A stretch of DNA of 55,635 nucleotides from an uncultured Rhodothermales bacterium (lineage in GTDB: Bacteria > Bacteroidota > Rhodothermia > Rhodothermales > VXPQ01), in NCBI GenBank assembly GCA_964570345.1, contig CAZMXY010000006.1:1-55635 (forward strand), in the 5' to 3' direction. Positions within the stretch are counted from its first letter, which is position 1, and each line of letters opens with the position of its first letter. Under the pieces are notes generated by a model that ran no database searches, had not been told where the DNA came from, and saw nothing but the letters and a program-made list of their open reading frames with translations. Made by a program: the position numbers and the translations under genes. Below, one piece after another: positions 21,257-29,946 of the stretch.

Positions 21257-22657
21257 TTACATCTCGTTCGAGTCGCGCTTCGCTCGAAGGCCGAGCGACA
21301 GGACCGTGAGCAAAAAGGCCGAACCGGCGATCCCCGCGAACGCAATCTGGTAGCCACGCATGTCGGCTCCGCTCGACGCCACGAGTGCTCCGATCAGTGC
21401 CCCTCCGGTTAGCTGCCCGACGCTGATCGACAGCGTCACGACGCCCTGCGCGACGGTTCTCTCGGCATGTTCCGCTTCCTGCAACAGAATGTAGGGGAGG
21501 GACGACCCGAGCAGTCCGGACAGTCCCAGGCCGATCAGTACGGATGCCGTGTAGTACACGGCAGTCGACGTCGGACCGAACGCCATGACGGCGCTGCCTG
21601 TGGTTAGAAGAATCGTGCTGGCAAGGATGATCACACGCGACCCGAGGCGGTCGAGCAACCGCCCGCCGAGCGGTGAGCCGACGGCCACCGCCGTTACCAG
21701 CGGGAGCAGCATGAACGAGGCCGTGGATTTCGTTACTCCGAAGGCCGAGACCGCCATCGCCGGCATGAACACGAAGGCGGCTTCCGTAAGCCCGGCACCC
21801 ACGCCGAGCAGTGCGGCGATGACGACTTGGCGACTCCGGAAAAGCCGTAGGCGGAGTAACGGATTCGGCGATCGGTCTTCGATCGCGACGAAAATGGGAA
21901 GCAAAACAGCCGATACGATCAACCAGGGCATGACCTGAAGCGAGAGCAAGCTCGCGGTGAACCGTTCGATATCGATCTGATTCATCCCGAAAGCAAACGA
22001 CGCGAGAAGCACGCCGAGCACTATGATGCCCGGGACATCGAGGGGCCTCTTTTCGGTCGACTCCGACGAGGGCAGGGCGTGCAAGCCGCCTATCAACACG
22101 ACAAGGGCCAGCGGCACGTTCACGACGAAGAGCCACGGCCACCCGACGAGCAGCAGGAGACCGGCAATGATCGGGCCGATGATGAAGGCAATGCCGAATA
22201 CCGCACCGAGCAGCCCCAACGCCGCGCCTCGCTTCTCCGGACGAATCACGTCGCCCACGACGGCGCTCGCCACCGGGAAAATGCCGGACGCGCCCAACCC
22301 CTGTATCGCGCGCCCTGCCAGAATGCCGGCGAACGGCGGCGCGAGCGCGACGATGATCGAGCCCGCGGCGAAGAGAATGACGTTCGCGGCGTAGACGGCT
22401 CGTCGCCCGTACACGTCCGACAAGCGCGCCATCAGGGGCAGACCGAGTAAATTGAACAGGACGAAGACGTTGAAAACCCAGGCGATCGCGCGTTCGCTGA
22501 GGCCGTAGTGCTCGCGCAGCGCGGGAAGCGCGGGACCGACGATCGCGATGTCCAGCGCGGCCATCAGCACCCCCAGGAAGAGGACGAGGAGGATTTTCGG
22601 CGTCGATGAAGGCGCAGGTGCCGACGATGACGGATCCAAACTTACGGCGACGGTCAA
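21257..22657 (-). CDS. MFS transporter, 14-TM drug:H+ antiporter (DHA2)-like
   Basis: 466 aa, about 14 hydrophobic segments, MFS loop motif ARLSDVYGRR after TM2. TTG start at 22657. The 564-aa ORF in another frame (21063..22757) is Arg-rich junk. Confidence 0.85.
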   Translation of the reverse strand: MTVAVSLDPSSSAPAPSSTPKILLVLFLGVLMAALDIAIVGPALPALREHYGLSERAIAWVFNVFVLFNLLGLPLMARLSDVYGRRAVYAANVILFAAGSIIVALAPPFAGILAGRAIQGLGASGIFPVASAVVGDVIRPEKRGAALGLLGAVFGIAFIIGPIIAGLLLLVGWPWLFVVNVPLALVVLIGGLHALPSSESTEKRPLDVPGIIVLGVLLASFAFGMNQIDIERFTASLLSLQVMPWLIVSAVLLPIFVAIEDRSPNPLLRLRLFRSRQVVIAALLGVGAGLTEAAFVFMPAMAVSAFGVTKSTASFMLLPLVTAVAVGSPLGGRLLDRLGSRVIILASTILLTTGSAVMAFGPTSTAVYYTASVLIGLGLSGLLGSSLPYILLQEAEHAERTVAQGVVTLSISVGQLTGGALIGALVASSGADMRGYQIAFAGIAGSAFLLTVLSLGLRAKRDSNEM

Positions 22658-22866
22658 TGAAGGAGGTGGAGATGGGACGCTCGGCCCCGCGAGTGCGGAG
22701 TTTATCGGTTCGAGCCGGAGGCGTCAAGCATTTCGCGGAAATTTGAGATTGCGGCAAGCGACGTCGACGCGCTGAAACGAAACTTTGGACACGTTTCGTA
22801 GATTGGAGGCGAGGTCACCGCCTCTTCGTCGTTCATTCGTCGCCAACGGTAACGATCATCGCCGGC

Positions 22867-25782
22867 ATGCTGCAACGATTACACCGACCCGCGCTCATAC
22901 TGGGTACGCTGGCCCTCTTTATCGCTGGATTTACCGCCTACGTGACGCTGAATCTACCCCTTTTCCCCGACGGCCCGACCCAGGATGACCTCTGGCCGGG
23001 TACGTCGGAATGGGCGCAAAAACGGCTCTCGCAGCTCACGCTCGAGCAGAAGGTCTCCCAACTCTTTGCGGCGAGGGCGTACAGCACGTATACGAGCGAG
23101 GACGACCCGCAATATCTGGCGCTAGTCGATCTCGTTGAGCGCTTCCAGATCGGCGGCATCACGTTCTTTCAGGGAGAGCCTCTCGAACAGGCGACGCTCG
23201 CGAACGCCCTGCAACGACGCGCCCGCCTGCCCCTTTTGATCTCCCAGGACATGGAATGGGGCGCCGGCATGCGGATCGAGCACTCGACGACGTTTCCCCG
23301 CACGATGGCCCTCGGCGCCGCGCGTGACGCGGAGCTCGCATACAAGGCCGGCTACGTGACCGCCATCGAGGCGCGAGCGATGGGAACGCATCAGGTGTTC
23401 GCACCGGTCGCCGACGTCAACAACAATCCGTTCAACCCCATCATCAACGTCCGTTCGTTCGGCGAGAAGCCGGAGCTCATATCAGAGCTCGCGACGGCGT
23501 TCGCACGAGGCATACAGGACGGAGGTGCCCTGTCGACGGCGAAACATTTCCCGGGCCACGGCGACACGGCGACGGATTCGCACGCCGCACTTCCGATTCT
23601 GTCCTTCGGTCTGGACCGGCTCGAATCGCTCGAGCTCATTCCATTTCGTCAGCTCGTAGATCAGGGGATCATGAGCATCATGACCGGCCACCTGGCCTTC
23701 CCCAGGGTTGAACCCGACTCGACCGTTCCGGCCAGCCTGTCTCGAAAAGTGACGACGGAAATCCTGCGGAAGGAGCTCGGTTTCAACGGGTTAATCGTGA
23801 CCGATGCGCTCGACATGGCCGGCGTCACGGTCAATTTCCCTACCGGTGAGATAGCGGTGCGCGCCCTGAAGGCCGGCGCCGACATGCTGCTGCTCTCCGA
23901 GGATCCGTATGCCGCGCGTGAGGCCATCCTCCGCGCCGTCGCCGCGGGCGAGATCGCCGAGCGGCGCATCGACGAGTCGGTCATGCGGATCCTGCGTGCG
24001 AAGGCGTGGGCCGGGCTCGCCGACGATCCGTTCGTCGATCCGGGACAGGTACGCGGACGAGTTGCCTCCGAGGCGCATCAAGCCGTGAGCGAGGCTATCG
24101 CACGCGCTTCGCTGACGCTCCTGCGCAATGACGGCGAGCTGCTTCCGCTGCGAGACAAGAAACGCATCCTCGTCGTCACCCTCAGCGACGGCTCCGATCC
24201 CACCGTCGGCCACTACTTCACGTCCCAGCTCCGACAACACGTAGCGGAAGCCAAAGTGGACGCGTACCTGCTCGACGATCGTTCTCATCCCGACGAATAC
24301 AAAGAGGTACTGGCATGGGCCGCCTTGTACGACCTCGCCGTCGTTCCCGCGTTCGTTTACGTCAGGTCGTGGAGCGGACGCATCAACCTGGCGGAAAAGA
24401 ATCTGGCCTTTCTGAATCAACTCGTCGCCGAAGGCCCGCCCGTCGCCCTGATCTCGTTCGGAAATCCGTACGTCGTCATCGGACTCGAGCAGCCCGACGC
24501 CTACGTGGCCGCGTACGGCGCGTCGGAGGTGTCGCAGCGCGCCGTGGCCGAGGCCCTCGTGGGCCGATCCGGGTTCTCCGGGCGTCTTCCGATCGAGATC
24601 CCGGGTACGTATGCGTATGGTGACGGCATCCAGATTCCGCAACAGACGGTACGGCGAGGCTTTCCCGCCGAGGCAGGAATGGACGGACACCGTCTTCGGC
24701 AGGTCGATTCGTTGATGCACGCCTCCATCGCCGACCGCGCCTTCCCCGGCGCCGCCGTCGCGATCGGACGCAACGGCGTATTGGTCAAGCTGGACGCCTA
24801 CGGCTATCACACGTTCGAGAAGAACGTACGCGTCACGACGCGATCTCGATTTGATCTCGCCTCGATGACGAAGGTCATCGCGACCGCGACCGCGGCCATG
24901 AAGCTATACGAGGAGGGAAGGCTGGACCTGGACGCTCGAGTGGTCGACTACCTTCCGCAATTCGGTCGGGGGGGGAAATACGACGTCACGATCCGTCATC
25001 TGCTCACGCACACGGCCGGGTTGATTCCCTTTCGACCCTTCCATCAGCTCGGTATTACGGATCGCCTGGCCCTGATCGACACGGTAATGGCCGAGCGGCT
25101 AACGTACCGGCCAGGAACGGATTCCCGTTACAGTGATCTGGGAATGATCACGCTCCTGCTCGTCATGGAGGCAATCACGAATCGACCCTTCGACGAATGG
25201 GCCGCCGAGAACGTTTTTCATCCGCTCGGCATGTTCGACACCGGATACCGTGGCCACATCTCCGACTCATCGATCGTGCCCACCGAATTCGACGCAAGCT
25301 TTCGGCGGCGACTCATTCAAGGTGAAGTGCATGACGAAACGGCCTGGATACTCGGGGGGGTCTCCGGCCATGCGGGACTCTTTTCGACGGTCGAAGATCT
25401 TGGCAAGTTTGCGTACATGCTCGTCAACGAGGGATACGCGAACGGTAGCTGGTTCTTGAAGGCGGAGACGATCCGAACGTTCACGAGGCCGCAGAACGCC
25501 GAGATGCACACACGGGCGCTCGGCTGGGACACGCGAAGCCCTGACGGCAACACCTCCGCGGGGCAGTATTTCGGACCGAACAGCTTCGGCCACACGGGCT
25601 TCACCGGGACGTCCCTCTGGGTCGATCCCGACCAGGATCTGTTCGTCATCCTGCTCACGAATCGGGTCTTTCCGACGCGCGAGAACAGTAAGATCGTCCA
25701 GGTGCGTCCCCGGCTTGCCGACATCGCGTACCAGTCGATTGTAGGACCGCCCCGGCTCGTCTTGCTCGAGCGGACTAATTGA
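22867..25782 (+). CDS. Membrane-anchored fusion protein: GH3 beta-N-acetylhexosaminidase (NagZ-like) plus beta-lactamase-fold serine hydrolase
   Basis: 971 aa. The N-terminal TM anchor is ALILGTLALFIAGFTAYVTL. The GH3 part has LLISQDMEWG, KHFPGHGDTATDSHAALP and GLIVTDALDMAG. The C-terminal ~370 aa carry the SxxK active site (LASMTKVIATATAAM), a Tyr motif (YSDLG) and an HTGFTG box, as in AmpC/AmpH/esterase-type proteins. Confidence 0.85.
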   Translation: MLQRLHRPALILGTLALFIAGFTAYVTLNLPLFPDGPTQDDLWPGTSEWAQKRLSQLTLEQKVSQLFAARAYSTYTSEDDPQYLALVDLVERFQIGGITFFQGEPLEQATLANALQRRARLPLLISQDMEWGAGMRIEHSTTFPRTMALGAARDAELAYKAGYVTAIEARAMGTHQVFAPVADVNNNPFNPIINVRSFGEKPELISELATAFARGIQDGGALSTAKHFPGHGDTATDSHAALPILSFGLDRLESLELIPFRQLVDQGIMSIMTGHLAFPRVEPDSTVPASLSRKVTTEILRKELGFNGLIVTDALDMAGVTVNFPTGEIAVRALKAGADMLLLSEDPYAAREAILRAVAAGEIAERRIDESVMRILRAKAWAGLADDPFVDPGQVRGRVASEAHQAVSEAIARASLTLLRNDGELLPLRDKKRILVVTLSDGSDPTVGHYFTSQLRQHVAEAKVDAYLLDDRSHPDEYKEVLAWAALYDLAVVPAFVYVRSWSGRINLAEKNLAFLNQLVAEGPPVALISFGNPYVVIGLEQPDAYVAAYGASEVSQRAVAEALVGRSGFSGRLPIEIPGTYAYGDGIQIPQQTVRRGFPAEAGMDGHRLRQVDSLMHASIADRAFPGAAVAIGRNGVLVKLDAYGYHTFEKNVRVTTRSRFDLASMTKVIATATAAMKLYEEGRLDLDARVVDYLPQFGRGGKYDVTIRHLLTHTAGLIPFRPFHQLGITDRLALIDTVMAERLTYRPGTDSRYSDLGMITLLLVMEAITNRPFDEWAAENVFHPLGMFDTGYRGHISDSSIVPTEFDASFRRRLIQGEVHDETAWILGGVSGHAGLFSTVEDLGKFAYMLVNEGYANGSWFLKAETIRTFTRPQNAEMHTRALGWDTRSPDGNTSAGQYFGPNSFGHTGFTGTSLWVDPDQDLFVILLTNRVFPTRENSKIVQVRPRLADIAYQSIVGPPRLVLLERTN

Positions 25783-25878
25783 AACGTGGAACAACTTTTG
25801 CTTAGTTCGATTCTGCACAAGCTCGCAGCGGCTACCGTCTGCGAAGACGTCATATCGACTGATTATCCGACATAGACT

Positions 25879-26178
25879 ATGCCGACGTACGTATACCGGC
25901 GCGAGGACGGCTCGACTTTCGAAGTTCAGCAGCGCATAACCGATGATCCGCTGAAGATCGACCCCGAAACGGGCCAGAAAGTGGAACGCATCATCTCGGG
26001 TGCCGGCCTGATCTTCAAAGGCAGTGGATTCTACCTGACCGATTACGCCCGGAAGAATTCGGACGGTGCCAAAAAGCCGGCCACCGACGGCAAGGAATCG
26101 ACGGGCGAAACGAAGCCTGCCGAGAAGCCGGAGACCTCAACGGAAAAGAAGGAGACGTCGAAAGCGTCTACGGAGTAG
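25879..26178 (+). CDS. FmdB/zinc-ribbon-family-like small protein lacking all cysteines, with Lys/Glu/Thr-rich tail
   Basis: 99 aa. MPTYVYRREDGSTFEV...LIFKGSGFYLTDYA matches the FmdB-family frame (MPxYEYxCxxCG...FKGSGFYxTDY), but the two CxxC pairs are replaced and the protein contains no Cys. Confidence 0.6.
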   Translation: MPTYVYRREDGSTFEVQQRITDDPLKIDPETGQKVERIISGAGLIFKGSGFYLTDYARKNSDGAKKPATDGKESTGETKPAEKPETSTEKKETSKASTE

Positions 26179-26190
26179 CCAGCCGGGCCC

Positions 26191-27588
26191 TCACATCGAC
26201 ACTCCTTCTCTCCATTTTTCGATACGCCGCCGCCAGTCGTGCTCGTACTCGGGCGAGCGCTGTAAGACGTAATTTTCAAACAGTCCGGCGAGTCCGTAAG
26301 CCGTCGAGCGCCTGAATATGAACGGCGGAAGTCGCCGGCTCAGCGCGATCCCCTTTTCGAAGTAGTACCACTCTCGGCGCAAGTAATGCGTCTCCGTATA
26401 ACTCGGCGCGCCGAAGACGACGTAGATCATCCCAAGATCCGTCTTCCATCCCTCTTTGTGATTTGAAAAAAGGACGTTGGCCTCTTCGACGCGGCTGTAA
26501 TACGTTTTCAGCAGCGTCGCCGCCGCTTCCTTGTTCGGAACGAGTCCGGCCCAGAACGCGTCGAAAAGGCGCTTTTTCTCCTCGGACGTAGGCGCTTGCA
26601 TCATCGTCGACCATTCGTAGTCGCGAGCGATGTAGCGGAGCGACTCTACCATCTCGTCCAGACCTGTAATCATGGGAAACCCCTCCCGCATGACGGCGAA
26701 ATGCCGGCTACTCTTGCGCTCCAGATTCGTGCCGCTGACCACGAGCTCCACCATGTAATTCCCCCGCTCCAGCACCGGTAGGGAGAAATCGATCGACACG
26801 TAGTCGCCCGCCTGCATGAGGCTGCGCCGCGACACTTGAATCGTGTCTCCCCGGTCGTAGTCCACGCCAACGTAGGGCATCGTGAACGGACCGGGCGTGA
26901 AATAGTACGGCGGGAGGGCGACGCTCTTGTCACTGTCGAAACGAACGAGCGTCATGACCGCTTCGGCCCTTTCGGGAAGGTTGTACAATTCGGTCGAAGC
27001 CCGCAGCGAATCGTAGCCGGTCGGAAGGTGAATCGAGAGGGCCGGGTGAAAGGAGCCGCCTCGGCGACTCGCCTTCAACAGGACGTCCGCGAGCAGTGTC
27101 TCTCCTCCGGAAGCATCCGCGATTTCCAATTCCCGAGAGCGTACCGCCTGCGCTCCGCTCCGTGCGTCCTCCAACGAAACCTCGACGGTATAGGTACCCG
27201 GAGGAACGTCAATTCGATCGTGTCGGTGTAGTCGCTGGGGGCTTCTAGTCGAATCGTAGGACGAGGTCACGAGCGTGTCGGCGAATGCTCTCTCGATATT
27301 GACGCTGCGATTTCCGGATGACAGGACGCGTATCACGAGCTCATAGCCGGCCTCGAACACGTCACCACGGCTCAGATAAACGAGAGACGTGACGGGAATT
27401 ACCGCATAAACGTCGATTCCCGTCTTTCCGTCGTAGAAAACGGCCACCGCGTCCATGTCGAAGCTCGGCGCACCGAGCTCAAAAACGGTGTTTTGACGTC
27501 CTTGCGGATCCGGGACGTTCGCCGCGCCGGAGCATCCGGCCAGAACGAGGAGCAGGATCGATGACAATATGTACCCGTATTGCTTCAT
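26191..27588 (-). CDS. GWxTD-domain lipoprotein (paralog 1)
   Basis: 465 aa. Lipoprotein signal ILLLVLAGCSG. C-terminal domain with HKEGWKTDLGMIYVVFGAPSY (the GWxTD motif). Colinear with the adjacent paralog. Confidence 0.8.
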   Translation of the reverse strand: MKQYGYILSSILLLVLAGCSGAANVPDPQGRQNTVFELGAPSFDMDAVAVFYDGKTGIDVYAVIPVTSLVYLSRGDVFEAGYELVIRVLSSGNRSVNIERAFADTLVTSSYDSTRSPQRLHRHDRIDVPPGTYTVEVSLEDARSGAQAVRSRELEIADASGGETLLADVLLKASRRGGSFHPALSIHLPTGYDSLRASTELYNLPERAEAVMTLVRFDSDKSVALPPYYFTPGPFTMPYVGVDYDRGDTIQVSRRSLMQAGDYVSIDFSLPVLERGNYMVELVVSGTNLERKSSRHFAVMREGFPMITGLDEMVESLRYIARDYEWSTMMQAPTSEEKKRLFDAFWAGLVPNKEAAATLLKTYYSRVEEANVLFSNHKEGWKTDLGMIYVVFGAPSYTETHYLRREWYYFEKGIALSRRLPPFIFRRSTAYGLAGLFENYVLQRSPEYEHDWRRRIEKWREGVSM

Positions 27589-27681
27589 TCGACGTAATTT
27601 CCGCCCGCGCGGCGAGGGGTGGCGACTATCGGCCTGGTCGAATGCGTCGTCTATCCTCTCGATGGCTGGGATACGGCATTG

Positions 27682-29076
27682 CTACAGGACCTCTCCCCTT
27701 CGCCAGAGATCCACGGCGCGCGTCCATTCGTGTTGATAGTACGGCCGGCGCTGGAGGACGTAGTTCTCGAAGCCGTTTTCGGAGAACGCTCGCACTTTTT
27801 CGAAGAGATACGCGTTGGCGGGGTCGCGATCTCCGTAACTATAGAACCACGTCTCGGATTCCACGCGGCGATCGACGTAGAGCGGCGGTCCCAGGATGAC
27901 GTACACCATCCCCCGATCCGTTTTCCATCCCTCTTTGTAGCCGGTGAAAAGAAGATTGGCTTCCTCGACCCTCCCGTAATAGAGCTTGATGAGATTTGAG
28001 GCTACGTTTCGGTTCGACACGCGCGTTCCCCAGAACGCATCAAAGCGGCGCTTTGCTTCGACAGGGTTCTCGGCCGATTCGATAAATTCGATCTCGTCGT
28101 CGAAGGCGATGTAGGCCAACGCTTCAATGAGATCGTAGAGTGCGGCCATTTGGGGGTACGTCGAGTTTTTGACGGAGATCATTCGCTCCCGCTCCGCGAT
28201 CCTTTCGCCGTCCGCGTGGGTCCCTTCTACCGTGAGGCGGTACATTCCCGGAGAGAGCTTCGGCAGCGAGAATTCTACGACCGCATTTTCTTCCGGAGCG
28301 GTTATCGTACGGCGGGTCACCTGGATCGTATCCGCCTTGTCATAAAAAATACCCCGGGACGCCAGGGAGGCTCGCGTCGGCGCCAGCCAGTACGGGGGAG
28401 GCGCGATGCTCGTGTCGCTCTCAAATCTAACCAGCCGCAGCGCGACGGTTAGATTTTCGGTAGCATCCAGGTTGAGGAGTTGGACGGACGCCCGCAGCGA
28501 GTCCATCATTGCCGGCAAGTGAAGAGAAACGAGGGGTTCGAAGCCGCCCGCGTCTCGCAGCGCCTCGAGATGGACGTGACCGACGTAGGGCTCGGAATCA
28601 TGCCGTCCCGGAACCGTCACGGCCTGGCGCCGAATCGCGCTCGCGCCCGTTTCTTGGTCGGTGATCGTCACCTCGACGACGTACGAGCCGGCCGGCACGT
28701 CCAGCGGACGCATGCGAACCTGGGGCGCGGGCAGGAGCGTCGAGTCGTAGTGGGCGACACGGATGGTATCGGACGCGGTCGTCTCGAATACGCGATCCTT
28801 GGACGTCCGCTCCACGACTTCGATCAGGACGTCGTAGGCGGCTTCGAAGGCCTCTCCGGAACGCACGAACACGAGGGACGACAACGGGATACTGAAATGC
28901 GCCTCCAGAGACGCGGCACCGTCTCGCGCGCGCACGATCGTCTCCATGTCGAAATTCGGGACGCCGGCCTCGAAGGTCCGCGTTCGCCCGGAATCGGACG
29001 AATCCAGCGTACTCGGACCCGAGCACGAGGCGATCATCGTCGCCAGCGTGACTATGATGACGGTGGTCTCTCTCAT
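27682..29076 (-). CDS. GWxTD-domain lipoprotein (paralog 2)
   Basis: 464 aa. Lipoprotein signal IIVTLATMIASCSG. C-terminal YKEGWKTDRGMVYVILGPPLY. Shares blocks with paralog 1 along its whole length. Confidence 0.8.
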   Translation of the reverse strand: MRETTVIIVTLATMIASCSGPSTLDSSDSGRTRTFEAGVPNFDMETIVRARDGAASLEAHFSIPLSSLVFVRSGEAFEAAYDVLIEVVERTSKDRVFETTASDTIRVAHYDSTLLPAPQVRMRPLDVPAGSYVVEVTITDQETGASAIRRQAVTVPGRHDSEPYVGHVHLEALRDAGGFEPLVSLHLPAMMDSLRASVQLLNLDATENLTVALRLVRFESDTSIAPPPYWLAPTRASLASRGIFYDKADTIQVTRRTITAPEENAVVEFSLPKLSPGMYRLTVEGTHADGERIAERERMISVKNSTYPQMAALYDLIEALAYIAFDDEIEFIESAENPVEAKRRFDAFWGTRVSNRNVASNLIKLYYGRVEEANLLFTGYKEGWKTDRGMVYVILGPPLYVDRRVESETWFYSYGDRDPANAYLFEKVRAFSENGFENYVLQRRPYYQHEWTRAVDLWRRGEVL

Positions 29077-29139
29077 TCCCGTCGGTATACTGAGTACGGT
29101 GAGAGACGTTCAGCGACCGTGCCGGTCGGGAGGGCGGGC

Positions 29140-29883
29140 CTACGCGGCTCGCACGATGGCGACGAAATCCTCCGCTCTGAGGCTCGCACCGCCGATCAGT
29201 CCACCGGTCACGTCTTGCTCGTTGAAGAGCTCTTCCGCATTGTGCGGCTTTACGCTGCCGCCGTACAGAATTTCAATTTTCCTGCCCTTGTTTTCGCCGT
29301 AGCGCGCTTTCAGCAGGCGGCGAATCAGCGCGTGCATCTCCTGTGCCTGCTTCGGGGTCGCCGTTTCCCCGGTGCCGATCGCCCAGACGGGCTCGTAGGC
29401 AATCACGAGCCAGTCCGGATCGTCGACCGGGACGCCGTCGAGCGCCCCTTCGAGCTGCATCCGAACCACGACTTCCGCGCGGCCGGCCTTTCGTTCGTCA
29501 AGGGTCTCACCCACGCACGCGATCGGCACGAGATCGTGCGCGAATGCTCGCTTGATTTTCTTGTTCACGCCCTCGTCCGTTTCCCCGAAGTATTGCCTGC
29601 GTTCGGAGTGTCCCAGGATCACGTACTGGCATCCGACGGACCGCAGCATGGGTGCCGAGACCTCGCCCGTGTACGCACCATACTCCTCCTCGTGCATGTT
29701 TTGCGCCCCGAGGCCGACAGGCGTCGAGCGTACGATTTCCGAGATTGCATGCAGGCTCACGGCCGGCGGGCAGACGACGACTTTCACCTTCCCGGGATCG
29801 CCGATGGCCTCCACCACGTCTTTCGCCAGGCTGCGGGCGGTGACGAGGTCGGTGTACATCTTCCAGTTGCCGGCGACGAGCAT
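29140..29883 (-). CDS. tpiA: Triosephosphate isomerase
   Basis: MLVAGNWKMY, ILGHSERR, AYEPVWAIGTG, YGGSVKP. The ATG at 29883 is preferred over the track start at 29928, which adds 15 non-conserved residues. Confidence 0.9.
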   Translation of the reverse strand: MLVAGNWKMYTDLVTARSLAKDVVEAIGDPGKVKVVVCPPAVSLHAISEIVRSTPVGLGAQNMHEEEYGAYTGEVSAPMLRSVGCQYVILGHSERRQYFGETDEGVNKKIKRAFAHDLVPIACVGETLDERKAGRAEVVVRMQLEGALDGVPVDDPDWLVIAYEPVWAIGTGETATPKQAQEMHALIRRLLKARYGENKGRKIEILYGGSVKPHNAEELFNEQDVTGGLIGGASLRAEDFVAIVRAA

Positions 29884-29946
29884 CGGTCGTTTTCGTTGTG
29901 GTCGGACGTCGTACGTTCGCGACTCCACAAGTCGCGTGATTTGCGC

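Noticed and set aside
22672-22746. 24-codon sORF (MGRSAPRVRSLSVRAGGVKHFAEI) preceded by a perfect AGGAGG 5 nt upstream, in the MFS/GH3 divergent promoter region
   Set aside because: The Shine-Dalgarno-like string overlaps the 5' end of the MFS gene on the other strand, and the peptide has no features. It cannot be supported from sequence alone.
21063-22757. 564-aa minus-strand ORF overlapping the MFS transporter in another frame
   Set aside because: It is extremely Arg-rich (RRR runs) with no hydrophobic pattern. The alternative frame encodes a clean 14-TM MFS protein.
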